Positions 8,859 to 16,605 of a stretch of 64,000 nucleotides of DNA are shown piece by piece. Positions within the stretch are counted from its first letter, which is position 1, and every line of letters begins with the position of its first letter. Under the pieces are notes generated by a model that did not search any database, was not told the DNA's origin, and saw only the letters and a list, made by a program, of their open reading frames with translations. This stretch comes from an uncultured Planctomycetales bacterium. Its GTDB lineage: Bacteria > 4484-113 > JAFGCY01. Position numbers and translations under genes: made by a program. The stretch is from contig CAZSSB010000001.1 in assembly GCA_964609245.1 (NCBI GenBank), positions 79,836 to 143,835 of the forward strand, written 5' to 3'.

Positions 8859-10019
8859 CTACTTGCCCATGCCGACGCGCTGGCTGAGCTGCAGCTGCTT
8901 GCCCTCGGTCATGAAGCTGAGGCTGACCGCCAGTTCGGTCCGGTGGAAGTCGCGGATGGTCTCGGCCCCGCAGAGCCCCATCGCGCTGTGGATCGCGCCG
9001 ACCAGGTTCTGGCTGCCGTCGGTGACGTGGCTGGGGCCCAGCAGCACTTGCTTCAGCGGGACGCTGACGCTGCTCTTCACCCGCGTGCCGCGCGGCAGGT
9101 TGGGATCGGGGGTGGCCATCCCCCAGTGGTAGGGCGCGGCCGGGCTTTCCGGGCAGCCGGCGAAGATGCTGCCGGTCATGATCGCGTCGGCGCCACTGGC
9201 CAGTGCCTTGCAGATCTGCCCGCCCTTGCGCATCCCGCCGTCGGTGATCACGCTCACATAGCGTCCCGTTTTCTCGAAGTAGTCGTCGCGCGCCGCGGCG
9301 CAGTCGGCGGTGGCGGTGATCTGCGGAACCCCGACGCCGGTGACGCCGCGGGTGGTGCAGGCCTGGCCCGGTCCGACGCCGACCAGCACGCCCGCCGCGC
9401 CGGCCTCCATCTGGGCCAGCGCCACCTCGTAGGTCACGCAGTTGCCCAGAATCACCGGGATGGTGAGCCCGCCGATCAGTTCAGTGACATTGAGCACTCC
9501 GCCCTGCTTGCTGCGGTGCTTGGTGCTGACCACCGTGCTCTGGATCACCAGCACATCCGCTCCGGCCCTCTCGACCACGCTCGCGAACTTCAGGGCGCCC
9601 GCCGGGGTTAGGCTGACCGCCGCCCGCCGGCCGCCGTCCCTGATCTCGGCGATCCGCTTTTCGATCAGCTCGGGCAGCACCGGCTGCTTGTAGAGCTCCT
9701 GGAACAGCGCGGTGACGTGCTCGTCGTCGCTGGCGACGATCCGCTCAAGGATCGGCTGATAGTCGTCATAGCGGCAATAGATGCCCTCCAGGTTCAGCAC
9801 GCCGAGGCCGCCCAGTTCGCTGAACAGCCGCGCGATCTTCACGTCGACAACCCCGTCCATCGCGGCGGCGAGGATCGGCAGGCCGTAGCGCTGGCCGCCG
9901 AGCTCCCAGCTGACGTCGGTGTCGGCGGGATCGATCGTCGAGAGGCTGGGCACCAGCGAGACGTCGTCGAAGCCCAGCGCCAGCCTGGCCTTGCGGTTTC
10001 TGGAGAGCATGAATTCCAT
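8859..10019 (-). CDS. guaB3: IMP-dehydrogenase-related protein, GuaB3 family
   Basis: Starts [25 protein letters not shown] (IMPDH-type N-terminus) and lacks a CBS insert. Carries [36 protein letters not shown] and a C-terminal GMGK. A GAGGAGGAC ribosome-binding site lies just upstream on the minus strand. Confidence 0.85.
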   Translation of the reverse strand: MEFMLSRNRKARLALGFDDVSLVPSLSTIDPADTDVSWELGGQRYGLPILAAAMDGVVDVKIARLFSELGGLGVLNLEGIYCRYDDYQPILERIVASDDEHVTALFQELYKQPVLPELIEKRIAEIRDGGRRAAVSLTPAGALKFASVVERAGADVLVIQSTVVSTKHRSKQGGVLNVTELIGGLTIPVILGNCVTYEVALAQMEAGAAGVLVGVGPGQACTTRGVTGVGVPQITATADCAAARDDYFEKTGRYVSVITDGGMRKGGQICKALASGADAIMTGSIFAGCPESPAAPYHWGMATPDPNLPRGTRVKSSVSVPLKQVLLGPSHVTDGSQNLVGAIHSAMGLCGAETIRDFHRTELAVSLSFMTEGKQLQLSQRVGMGK

Positions 10020-10170
10020 ACGCCTTGTCCTCCTCAGCGCCGGGGCTGGAAGCGGGTATTCTAGCGACGGCGCGCTGACGGGTCAAGGCAGTGCCCGCTG
10101 CTTTGGGAGCATGCCGAGCATTCTGGTTCAACGAACTGACAGCGCTCAGTGCAGAGCTATCGCCTTGCTT

Positions 10171-10581
10171 CTACATACATGGATTGAGAATAGTCCTGCG
10201 GCACCACTCCTCATACGGTGCAGGCTCGGGAGGCTCCTGCGGTGGGTCACCCTGCGCATCCGCGAACTCGCAGCCTGCATCTGCATAGAAGTAGGGTTGC
10301 TCAGGAACTAGTGTCCACCCAACCACATAATTGCATTCCCTGATTCCATCATAATCGCTGTCAAAGCACAAGCACAGATGCATGATATGCGCTGTGCTAC
10401 CTCCCTGATTCACCCAAATCGTGCGTCCGGCATCATCCAATGCAATCGCAGTTGTAACGGGGTGGAATCAAGCCTCAACTACGACTGAGCATGAGCACTC
10501 TGTTGCCTCAGCAGTTAATGGCAGAAAGAGGGTTGATGAAAGCACCGCCACAACGATCGCGGCAAGCCTGATTGTGCGCAT
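10171..10581 (-). pseudogene. Small secreted Cys-rich protein gene interrupted by one in-frame TGA (codon 38, at 10468-10470)
   Basis: The ATG at 10581 opens MRTIRLAAIVVAVLSSTLFLPLTAEATECSCSVVVEA, followed by TGA. The same frame then continues as FHPVTTAIALDDAGRTIW... to the stop at 10171 (track ORF 10171..10440). It lies in the low-G+C islet. Confidence 0.55.
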
Positions 10582-10647
10582 ATTGGGAAACAAAGCGGTC
10601 CACTCTCCTTTGTTGGGTTCTACTCGCAGTTCAGCAAGTGTTGGGCA

Positions 10648-11232
10648 TTAACCGAGCCCAAGCAGAAAGAGCGCGCCTTCTGGTATCGTTGGCCAGTCCA
10701 CCTGAAGCTCGAGCCTCTCGATGCTGCCGTAGCTTGCGAAATCCAAGTCCGGTCCGTAGATCACGATCTCGAACGAGTTCGGGAACTTGCCATCACGGTA
10801 TCCGCTGGGCGCCCATTGAACAGCGATATTCCCTGGTGAGAACCCATCGCCGTATTCGAGGATTTCCACCGGCTTCCAGTCGTTGTGAGGATTTTCTGGC
10901 CAGTATATGATATATCCTTCGGCTACAAGATCAGTCAAATCCGTTGGATGACCTCGGAATTCATTACTAGCGATATAGCTTGCCGTAGCAGCGTATACAA
11001 CCCAGAGCGAGTAGTACTCATACGCCTGGAGCTGGAAAGGCATCCATTCCTCCGGATCCGTGTCAAGCAAAACTTGCTTCGCTTCAAGCATGTTGATCTC
11101 GGCTAGACGGGCCTCCTTCTTGTATCCTTCGGCGATTTCGTCCAAGCATTGGGCAAATGCTGGGAAGCTCGTCAGGGTCAGTGATGCGACAACAGCGGCT
11201 AACACTGCCAGAAGCGCGTATCGGCTCTTCAT
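10648..11232 (-). CDS. Secreted hypothetical protein (low-G+C islet)
   Basis: Signal peptide MKSRYALLAVLAAVVASLTLTSFPAFAQ. AAGGAAG ribosome-binding site and a TACAAT box upstream on the minus strand. Codon usage is AT-richer than in neighbouring genes. Confidence 0.7.
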   Translation of the reverse strand: MKSRYALLAVLAAVVASLTLTSFPAFAQCLDEIAEGYKKEARLAEINMLEAKQVLLDTDPEEWMPFQLQAYEYYSLWVVYAATASYIASNEFRGHPTDLTDLVAEGYIIYWPENPHNDWKPVEILEYGDGFSPGNIAVQWAPSGYRDGKFPNSFEIVIYGPDLDFASYGSIERLELQVDWPTIPEGALFLLGLG

Positions 11233-11554
11233 GCGGTCTTCCTTTTCTCGTAGTAATTCAGACCTTTTTTATTGTACCGCGAAGGGGGGGCGATGTCAAG
11301 CAACCATGGAATCACTGAACCTAGGATTGACCGGCCTGTCATTTGCCAGACCTAGTGGTTGATGCGGGTCTTGGCCAGCTGGCGAGACTGGCTGAATGAC
11401 TGGTCCAGAACCCAGTTCGCCTGCTGTCTTCCCGCGGCACACGCTAGCTTAAGAGACGGAGATTGTACCCGCTGGGAGTGGGCAAGGCAACAAGGACGCG
11501 TGGACCGCCGCGATGTGACCCTCTCGGCGAACGAAGCGGCGGGAGTGCAGGGGC

Positions 11555-12514
11555 CTACTCAGGGAAGAACCAGACCTTCCACGGATACCACATCACGTCG
11601 CTGTCGCCGTCGAAGTCTGTCACTCGTATGGCGACGAGCCGGTGGCCGATCGGGATGTCCGGGAAGCCGAAGTGATCCAAGTAGAGACCGGCCTCCGCGT
11701 GAATCGCAGTATCCGCACTGATGATGCCGGAGTAAGAGAACGCCTCACTCGGGGTCCGGCCAGCTGAGGGATCGAAGTCAAGATTGGCCTCCACGACAAC
11801 GGGCATCAGTAGATCGCTGATCAGGTAATCGACTTCAACGTGGCAGTAGTCGTTCCCGGGGGTGATGACGACCTGATTGATCCCCAGCCGCGGTCCCTGG
11901 ATCCACTTCAGCACGCATTCCTCGGTGCCCGTCAGCATCACCATCACCAGCAGCACGCCTTCCTCGGAGACGTAGGGCTCCAGCGCTTCCAGTTCCAGCA
12001 GGTCGTCCGCCGGCCCGCGGTGCCACTCCCAGCGCCCTTCCTGCCAGTTGGCCACGCCGACCGCCAGGTCGTCCCAGGACTCCGGTGGGGTTTCCCAGCA
12101 GAAGATCACCAGCGGGCGGCCGTCACGGTCATCCAGGTAGAAGTTGTAGACCGCGTAGGCCGGCTTGTAGCTGGGCGGCAGGGCTGCCGGGTCCCAGTCC
12201 GGCCAGAAGACGGCGAAGGTTCCCTCGGCGGCCATTCGATCGTGGGGTAGCGTCGGGTCGAAGTCGGACCCCAGCCGCAGCCGCGAGTAGTGGTTCGCCG
12301 AGACCTGGCGCTGCACGTCCAGCGGCAGCGTAAGGTCGGGCTGCTGCGGACTCGCTGCGGGCGGGGTGCTGTCATCGCCCGCCGGGGCCGGTTGGTCCAG
12401 AGCGCCGCCGCCTCCGCATGCAGCAAGAACCACCGCCGTCAGCACGAGTATCGTCAGCCGCGCCAGTCCCGATCCCCCGATCACCTGGCAGCGGTTCAGC
12501 CGGAAACCGCTCAT
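11555..12514 (-). CDS. Lipoprotein sharing its N-terminal domain with the 18720..20867 paralogue
   Basis: Lipobox LTAVVLAAC. The segment LPHDRMAAEGTFAVFWPDW...ANWQEGRWEWHRGP...LLVMVMLTGTEECVLKWIQ aligns with LPHNRVAAYGTDAVLFPNW...SSWEDGTWRWQTGP...CVVAVMLLGTDTWRLEWLRF of the other gene. Confidence 0.75.
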   Translation of the reverse strand: MSGFRLNRCQVIGGSGLARLTILVLTAVVLAACGGGGALDQPAPAGDDSTPPAASPQQPDLTLPLDVQRQVSANHYSRLRLGSDFDPTLPHDRMAAEGTFAVFWPDWDPAALPPSYKPAYAVYNFYLDDRDGRPLVIFCWETPPESWDDLAVGVANWQEGRWEWHRGPADDLLELEALEPYVSEEGVLLVMVMLTGTEECVLKWIQGPRLGINQVVITPGNDYCHVEVDYLISDLLMPVVVEANLDFDPSAGRTPSEAFSYSGIISADTAIHAEAGLYLDHFGFPDIPIGHRLVAIRVTDFDGDSDVMWYPWKVWFFPE

Positions 12515-12649
12515 CTGCCACCTACCTCGCCCTGGAAGCCCAGGGCCTGATTCTGCATTACGTTATACCGCCGGTCAAGGGATTGCGCAAGCTGATCGCG
12601 GCAGTGCCCCTGCTCGCAGACGCCGGCGCTGCCGGCGGCGTCCACGCTC

Positions 12650-12658
12650 TGCTAGAAT
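12650..12658 (+). promoter_or_regulatory. Candidate extended -10 promoter element (TGcTAGAAT) for the acyl-CoA dehydrogenase gene
   Basis: tgctagaat was read at 12650-12658, about 25 nt upstream of the ATG at 12684. A GGAGGA ribosome-binding site lies at 12673-12678. No clear -35 element. Confidence 0.3.
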
Positions 12659-12683
12659 GGCCGTTCTTAACCGGAGGAGCAGC

Positions 12684-13856
12684 ATGGATTTCACGCTGAG
12701 CGAAGAGCAGCAGATGGTGCGCGAGATGGTGCGCGAGTTCGCCGACGAGTGGCTGGCGCCCCGGGCCCACGAGATGGACATGGAGCGGGTTGTCCCGCGC
12801 GAACACGTCGCCAAGCTCAGCGAGCTGGGGCTGATCGCCCCGATCGTCCCCGAGGAGTATGACGGTCCGGGGATGGATTACATGAGCTACGCGCTGATCA
12901 GCGAGGAGGTCGGCCGCGTCGACGCCTCGACGGGCACCACCATCGGTGCCCACTGCAGCCTGTGCTGCGGGCCGATCCTCAACTACGCCACCGAGGAGCA
13001 GAAGAAGGAGTGGCTGCCCCAGCTGGCCAGCGGCGACAAGATCGGCTGCTTCGGCCTGACCGAGCCGATGGCGGGCAGTGACGCCGCCGGCATCCAGACC
13101 ACGGCGGTGCCCGACGGCAACGGCAACTACATCATCAACGGCGCCAAGCAGTGGATCACCAACGGTAGCTTCGCCGACGTGATCGTGCTGCTGGCCTCCA
13201 CCAACCCCAAGCGCGGCATCATGGGCATCACCGCCTTCATCGTGCCGACGGACACGCCGGGCTTCGCGGTGGGCGGAGTCGAGGACACGATGGGCATCCG
13301 CGGCAGCCAGCAGGCGGTGCTGACGTTCACCGACATGCAGGTGCCCGAGGAGTGGATTCTGGGCGGCAGGCGCGGGCTGGGCCGCGGCTTCACCGTCGCG
13401 ATGAAGACGCTGGACGCCGGCCGGATCGGCGTGGCGGCGATGGTGACCGGCATGGCCCAGGGCGCGATGGAGAAGGCGATCCAGTTCGTCAAGGAGCGCG
13501 AGCAGTTCGGCAAGGCGATCCGCGAGTTCCAGGGCCTGCAATGGTACCTGGCCGAGATGGCGACCAGCATCTACGCGATGCGCAATATGGTCTACCGCGT
13601 CGCCTGCGACAAGGACGCCGGCCGCGACGTCGCCACGCCGGCGGCGATGATCAAGCTGTTCTGCACGGACACCGCGCAGCAGGTGATCGACCACGCGCTG
13701 CAACTGCACGGCGGCTACGGCTACTGCAAGGAATACGACGTCGAGCGCTACTGGCGCGACATCCGCATCACGCGGATCTATGAGGGCACCAACGAGATCC
13801 AGAAGAACATCATCGCCCGCGACGTGCTGAAGAAAGACCCGCGGGTGTGGTATTAG
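12684..13856 (+). CDS. Acyl-CoA dehydrogenase (short/medium-chain type)
   Basis: ATG at 12684 after a GGAGGA site. MDFTLSEEQQMVREMVREFADEW, GLTEPMAGSDAAG, QWITNG, RIYEGTNEIQ. The upstream part of track ORF 12366.. is not coding. Confidence 0.92.
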   Translation: MDFTLSEEQQMVREMVREFADEWLAPRAHEMDMERVVPREHVAKLSELGLIAPIVPEEYDGPGMDYMSYALISEEVGRVDASTGTTIGAHCSLCCGPILNYATEEQKKEWLPQLASGDKIGCFGLTEPMAGSDAAGIQTTAVPDGNGNYIINGAKQWITNGSFADVIVLLASTNPKRGIMGITAFIVPTDTPGFAVGGVEDTMGIRGSQQAVLTFTDMQVPEEWILGGRRGLGRGFTVAMKTLDAGRIGVAAMVTGMAQGAMEKAIQFVKEREQFGKAIREFQGLQWYLAEMATSIYAMRNMVYRVACDKDAGRDVATPAAMIKLFCTDTAQQVIDHALQLHGGYGYCKEYDVERYWRDIRITRIYEGTNEIQKNIIARDVLKKDPRVWY

Positions 13857-13872
13857 CGATCGGCTTCCGGTA

Positions 13873-13891
13873 GCCCGCCGGCGCGGCGGGC
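13873..13891 (+). terminator. GC-rich hairpin after the acyl-CoA dehydrogenase gene (no U-tract)
   Basis: gcccgcc (13873-13879) / loop ggcgc / ggcgggc (13885-13891), 17 nt after the stop codon. Confidence 0.3.
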
Positions 13892-14156
13892 GACGCTCAG
13901 CACTTCCTCGAGGCTGTCGGGCTGGATTGGGTCGTCCAGCGCGGCGCGGTTGCGTCTCAGCGCGCCGCGGCACCGCCGGGGGCGTCCTCCCCGGCCTACC
14001 GGAGACGGCCAGCCCGGATGGGCAAGATGCGCATGGTGTCCTCCCTAAATTGTTCGGGTGCGCAGCCGAGTCAGGAACTCAGCCTGGTTTGAAGGTGGCG
14101 GGCCGCGGGTGAGGCCGGCGAGCCCGGTTGCAGCTGTCTATCGTACGGTCATGGGA

Positions 14157-14441
14157 TCAGTATAGCTCGCGCGCCAAGCGGTCGCACTCGCCACCATCAC
14201 CCCCAGGCTTCGCGACCGGCGCACAGCTGCCCGACTGCCAGCTGTCCGGATGCACGTAGCGCAGCTCATCGGCGTCGGCCGCGCGGTAGCTGACAGGGGG
14301 CGGGTCATGGCTGTCGATCGCCACCGAAGGCCACCAGCCGGCACTGCCGTCGCTGTCGAGAACCACGCTGGTCCAGCTGCCGCGGCGGCATTCCTCTGGT
14401 CCGACAGTATTCGCAGTCCCTGGTTGCCAGCCTACTCGCAG
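14157..14441 (-). pseudogene. Orphan 3'-terminal remnant of a propeller-lipoprotein paralogue
   Basis: A short open frame bounded upstream by a TAA encodes ...RGSWTSVVLDSDGSAGWWPSVAIDSHDPPPVSYRAADADELRYVHPDS. This matches the last blade of the 18720..20867 protein (RGGSWTTVVLDSDGSAGWWPSVAIDSHDLPHVSYHEADDDELRYAHLDS). There is no N-terminal part and no plausible start context. Confidence 0.7.
14239..14388. repeat. About 150-nt dispersed repeat: copy of 18721..18870 (3' end of the 18720..20867 gene)
   Basis: A hand alignment without gaps gives roughly 85-90% identity, including the shared run ggtcatggctgtcgatcgc and ggccaccagccggcactgccgtc. Confidence 0.8.
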
Positions 14442-14490
14442 TTAACGTGCTGTGCGGGCCTTTCATCCGATGCTAGCTATTACTGGACTC

Positions 14491-16452
14491 TTATTGTTCC
14501 GTTCGAAAGATCTTTGAATGCTCAACGTTGTTGCTGTCGCGATAGGTTATCGCGAGAACCACACAGTGATAATTTCCTGACTTGAACGCTTTCATCTTCA
14601 GGCCGCACAAGTACACAGCCCCCGAAACACCCGTCACAGAAACAAACTCTGAGGTTCTCTTGTCAAGCATACCGCTGGCATCTAGCTGGCCGCGGTTTAT
14701 GATGACTGAGCCGGTGTTGAGCCACTGATGATACTCAGCGGAATAGTGGGTCTTCGTTCCATCGTCATTATCTACTGTAGACATCACTATCGCTTTGGTC
14801 TCATTCTCGGGTTCTTCATCGCAGGTATTACGAGAGACAGAAGCAGTCGCCTTGGCTGGATTGTATTCGACTGGGTCGCTCCACGTTGTGCCGCTGGCAT
14901 CATTGCCGTGAGTGTAATACGCGGCGTTATCTGCTTCCCCCGTGTAGTAGTCCAGGTGGTAAGCCAGGCCCGGCACTCCGCCTGCGTCTACCAGCGACAT
15001 CGTGAAATCGATCAGCGCAGTCTCGAAGGAGTCCAATTGAACAGGCGAGTTCCAGGCTGTTCCGGCTGCATCCTGGGCGCTGATGAATCCCAGTGCGGCA
15101 TCATCCGCGCCCACAACGGTATAAGCGATCGCCGGCCGGTCGTCGATTAGCGCTGCTGACAACACGTATCCCGTGTTCACGGATTCCGTTGGCGGCACGA
15201 CTTCATCCGGATCGTCCAGCCAGGTGGTGCCCAGCTCGTCCTCAGCGCGAATGTACATCACGCGCTTGTCAGCTCCGTCGTCTTGGTGAAAAGCGATCGC
15301 GGGGCGGCCGTCGGCTTCCAGCAGGGCCGGGCAGTGGCCCGTGCCCGCCCCATCATCGACCAGCACCGGCGAGCCCCAGCTATCACCGACGGTATCTTCT
15401 GCGCGGACATACCACAATTCCTGCAGACTGCCGGTGAAGCACTGATAGGCAATCGCGGGATTGCCGCCGATTACCGCCATCGAGGCGAAGCTGCCTGGGT
15501 TGTTAGTTGCCGACAGCTCCATCGGAGTTGTCCATTCGGTGGCTTCAGTGTTGGTCGCATGGGCGAACAGCAGGCGGCCATCGTCCCAGCTGTCGGCTTC
15601 ATGGATTACAGCAGCAGCGTATTCACCCAATAGCGCGATGTCATTAATGCCGCCGAACTCACCCGGGTTCTCGAAAGTAAACGCTGGTTCGAGTGCTGGC
15701 GCCAGGGCAACCTGGTCGCTGGCGATGCCCTCAGCGGTGCCGTCCGAGGGACGTACCCAGAATGAGTCTCCAGCTTGATACTCCTCCACCTCATAGCTGA
15801 AGCGCATGCGTACTCCGCTGGCTGTTTCGCCGTCGATGAACTGCACCGTGCCGAGGGGGGTGGCGTTGCCGTTGTCGTCAGTCGCGTCGGTGGGGTAGTC
15901 TTCGGCATCGGCGCTGACGTAGACGTTGTAGCTGGTGACGCTGCAGCCAAAGGCCTGGCCGATCGGCGTGATGTCACTGACGGTGATCATGCCGTCGAAG
16001 TTGCCGTCGGCCATGGAAGCCGCTTCCCAGTCGGGCGAGTCGGTGTCCTTGTCGAAGTGCACGCCGACCGGCGTGAGGTCGTTGACGGTGACGAAGCCGT
16101 CTTGGTTGTAGTCGCCGGTATTGTAGTAATCCCAGCTCAGCGTGCGGGTGTAGTAGTCCCAGCTCAGGGCCGACTGTGAGCGCGGATCCTGGGGCGGTGC
16201 AGCCGTGACTTTGCCTCTGCCGTGCAGGTCGATCAGGACGTCCTTGAGCTGTTGTTTCAGCTTGGCGAACAGCTCGCTGTCGGTGCCCGCGGGCGGCGCC
16301 AGTGCCTCCAGTTCGGCCACTGCCGCTTCGAGTGACGGCCCGCTGTGGCTGGCAGCGGGGGAGGCTTCGACCTCCGACAGCGAGGCGGCGCCATTGCAGG
16401 CCGGCAGAACCAGCCAGCACAGGATGAGGGCAAACAAGGCAGAACGTTGCAT
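14491..16452 (-). CDS. Surface lipoprotein paralogue A: dockerin-like module plus Asp-box-like beta-propeller repeats, with a divergent low-G+C C-terminus
   Basis: Likely start is the ATG at 16452 (MQRSALFALILCWLVLPAC, lipobox). Contains YYNTGDYNQDGFVTVNDLTPVG ... DGNFDGMITVSDITPIGQAF. Repeats of the form G.PAIAY...L.Y.RAeD..G..W. The last ~125 aa are AT-rich in codons and lack the repeat. Confidence 0.85.
   Translation of the reverse strand: MQRSALFALILCWLVLPACNGAASLSEVEASPAASHSGPSLEAAVAELEALAPPAGTDSELFAKLKQQLKDVLIDLHGRGKVTAAPPQDPRSQSALSWDYYTRTLSWDYYNTGDYNQDGFVTVNDLTPVGVHFDKDTDSPDWEAASMADGNFDGMITVSDITPIGQAFGCSVTSYNVYVSADAEDYPTDATDDNGNATPLGTVQFIDGETASGVRMRFSYEVEEYQAGDSFWVRPSDGTAEGIASDQVALAPALEPAFTFENPGEFGGINDIALLGEYAAAVIHEADSWDDGRLLFAHATNTEATEWTTPMELSATNNPGSFASMAVIGGNPAIAYQCFTGSLQELWYVRAEDTVGDSWGSPVLVDDGAGTGHCPALLEADGRPAIAFHQDDGADKRVMYIRAEDELGTTWLDDPDEVVPPTESVNTGYVLSAALIDDRPAIAYTVVGADDAALGFISAQDAAGTAWNSPVQLDSFETALIDFTMSLVDAGGVPGLAYHLDYYTGEADNAAYYTHGNDASGTTWSDPVEYNPAKATASVSRNTCDEEPENETKAIVMSTVDNDDGTKTHYSAEYHQWLNTGSVIINRGQLDASGMLDKRTSEFVSVTGVSGAVYLCGLKMKAFKSGNYHCVVLAITYRDSNNVEHSKIFRTEQ
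15950..16135 (-). other. Dockerin-like double EF-hand module (paralogue A); approximate bounds
   Basis: Two loops fit D-x-[NT]-x-D-G-x-[IV]-x-x-x-D: DYNQDGFVTVND and DGNFDGMITVSD. Each is followed by [IL]TP[IV]G. Confidence 0.6.
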
Positions 16453-16605
16453 AACAGCACTCCTTACCGACGTACTAGCCGGTGGCAAAGCCGCGGCCTG
16501 CAACGCTTCAGCCGCTGAACCTCCGCGGCCCTGCCGCCGGACACACTCCCTCAGTTGTTAGACGGGCCACTTGTGGACACCCACCGCGGTGCGCGGACGC
16601 CCGCG

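Noticed and set aside
10468-10470. Reading the in-frame TGA as selenocysteine or as evidence of a recoded genetic code.
   Set aside because: TGA terminates katG and other confident genes here, so genome-wide recoding is out. I could not see a convincing stem-loop in the ~40 nt downstream of the TGA that would serve as a bacterial SECIS. It remains only an option to test, not a call.
13857-14156. A short minus-strand frame ending at the acyl-CoA dehydrogenase stop region (...LRRNRAALDDPIQPDSLEEVLSVARRAGGLPEADR).
   Set aside because: It is under 60 codons, with no start codon or ribosome-binding-site context that I could find and no recognisable family. It could be another gene remnant, but the evidence is too thin to report as a feature.
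14491-14900. The idea that the low-G+C tail of lipoprotein A is a polymorphic-toxin C-terminal domain with a downstream immunity gene.
   Set aside because: The displaced-remnant footprint is real. However, no small ORF that could encode an immunity protein lies between the stop (14491) and the remnant (14441), and the tail shows no nuclease, deaminase or pore motifs that I can recognise. I kept it only as a C-terminal replacement observation.
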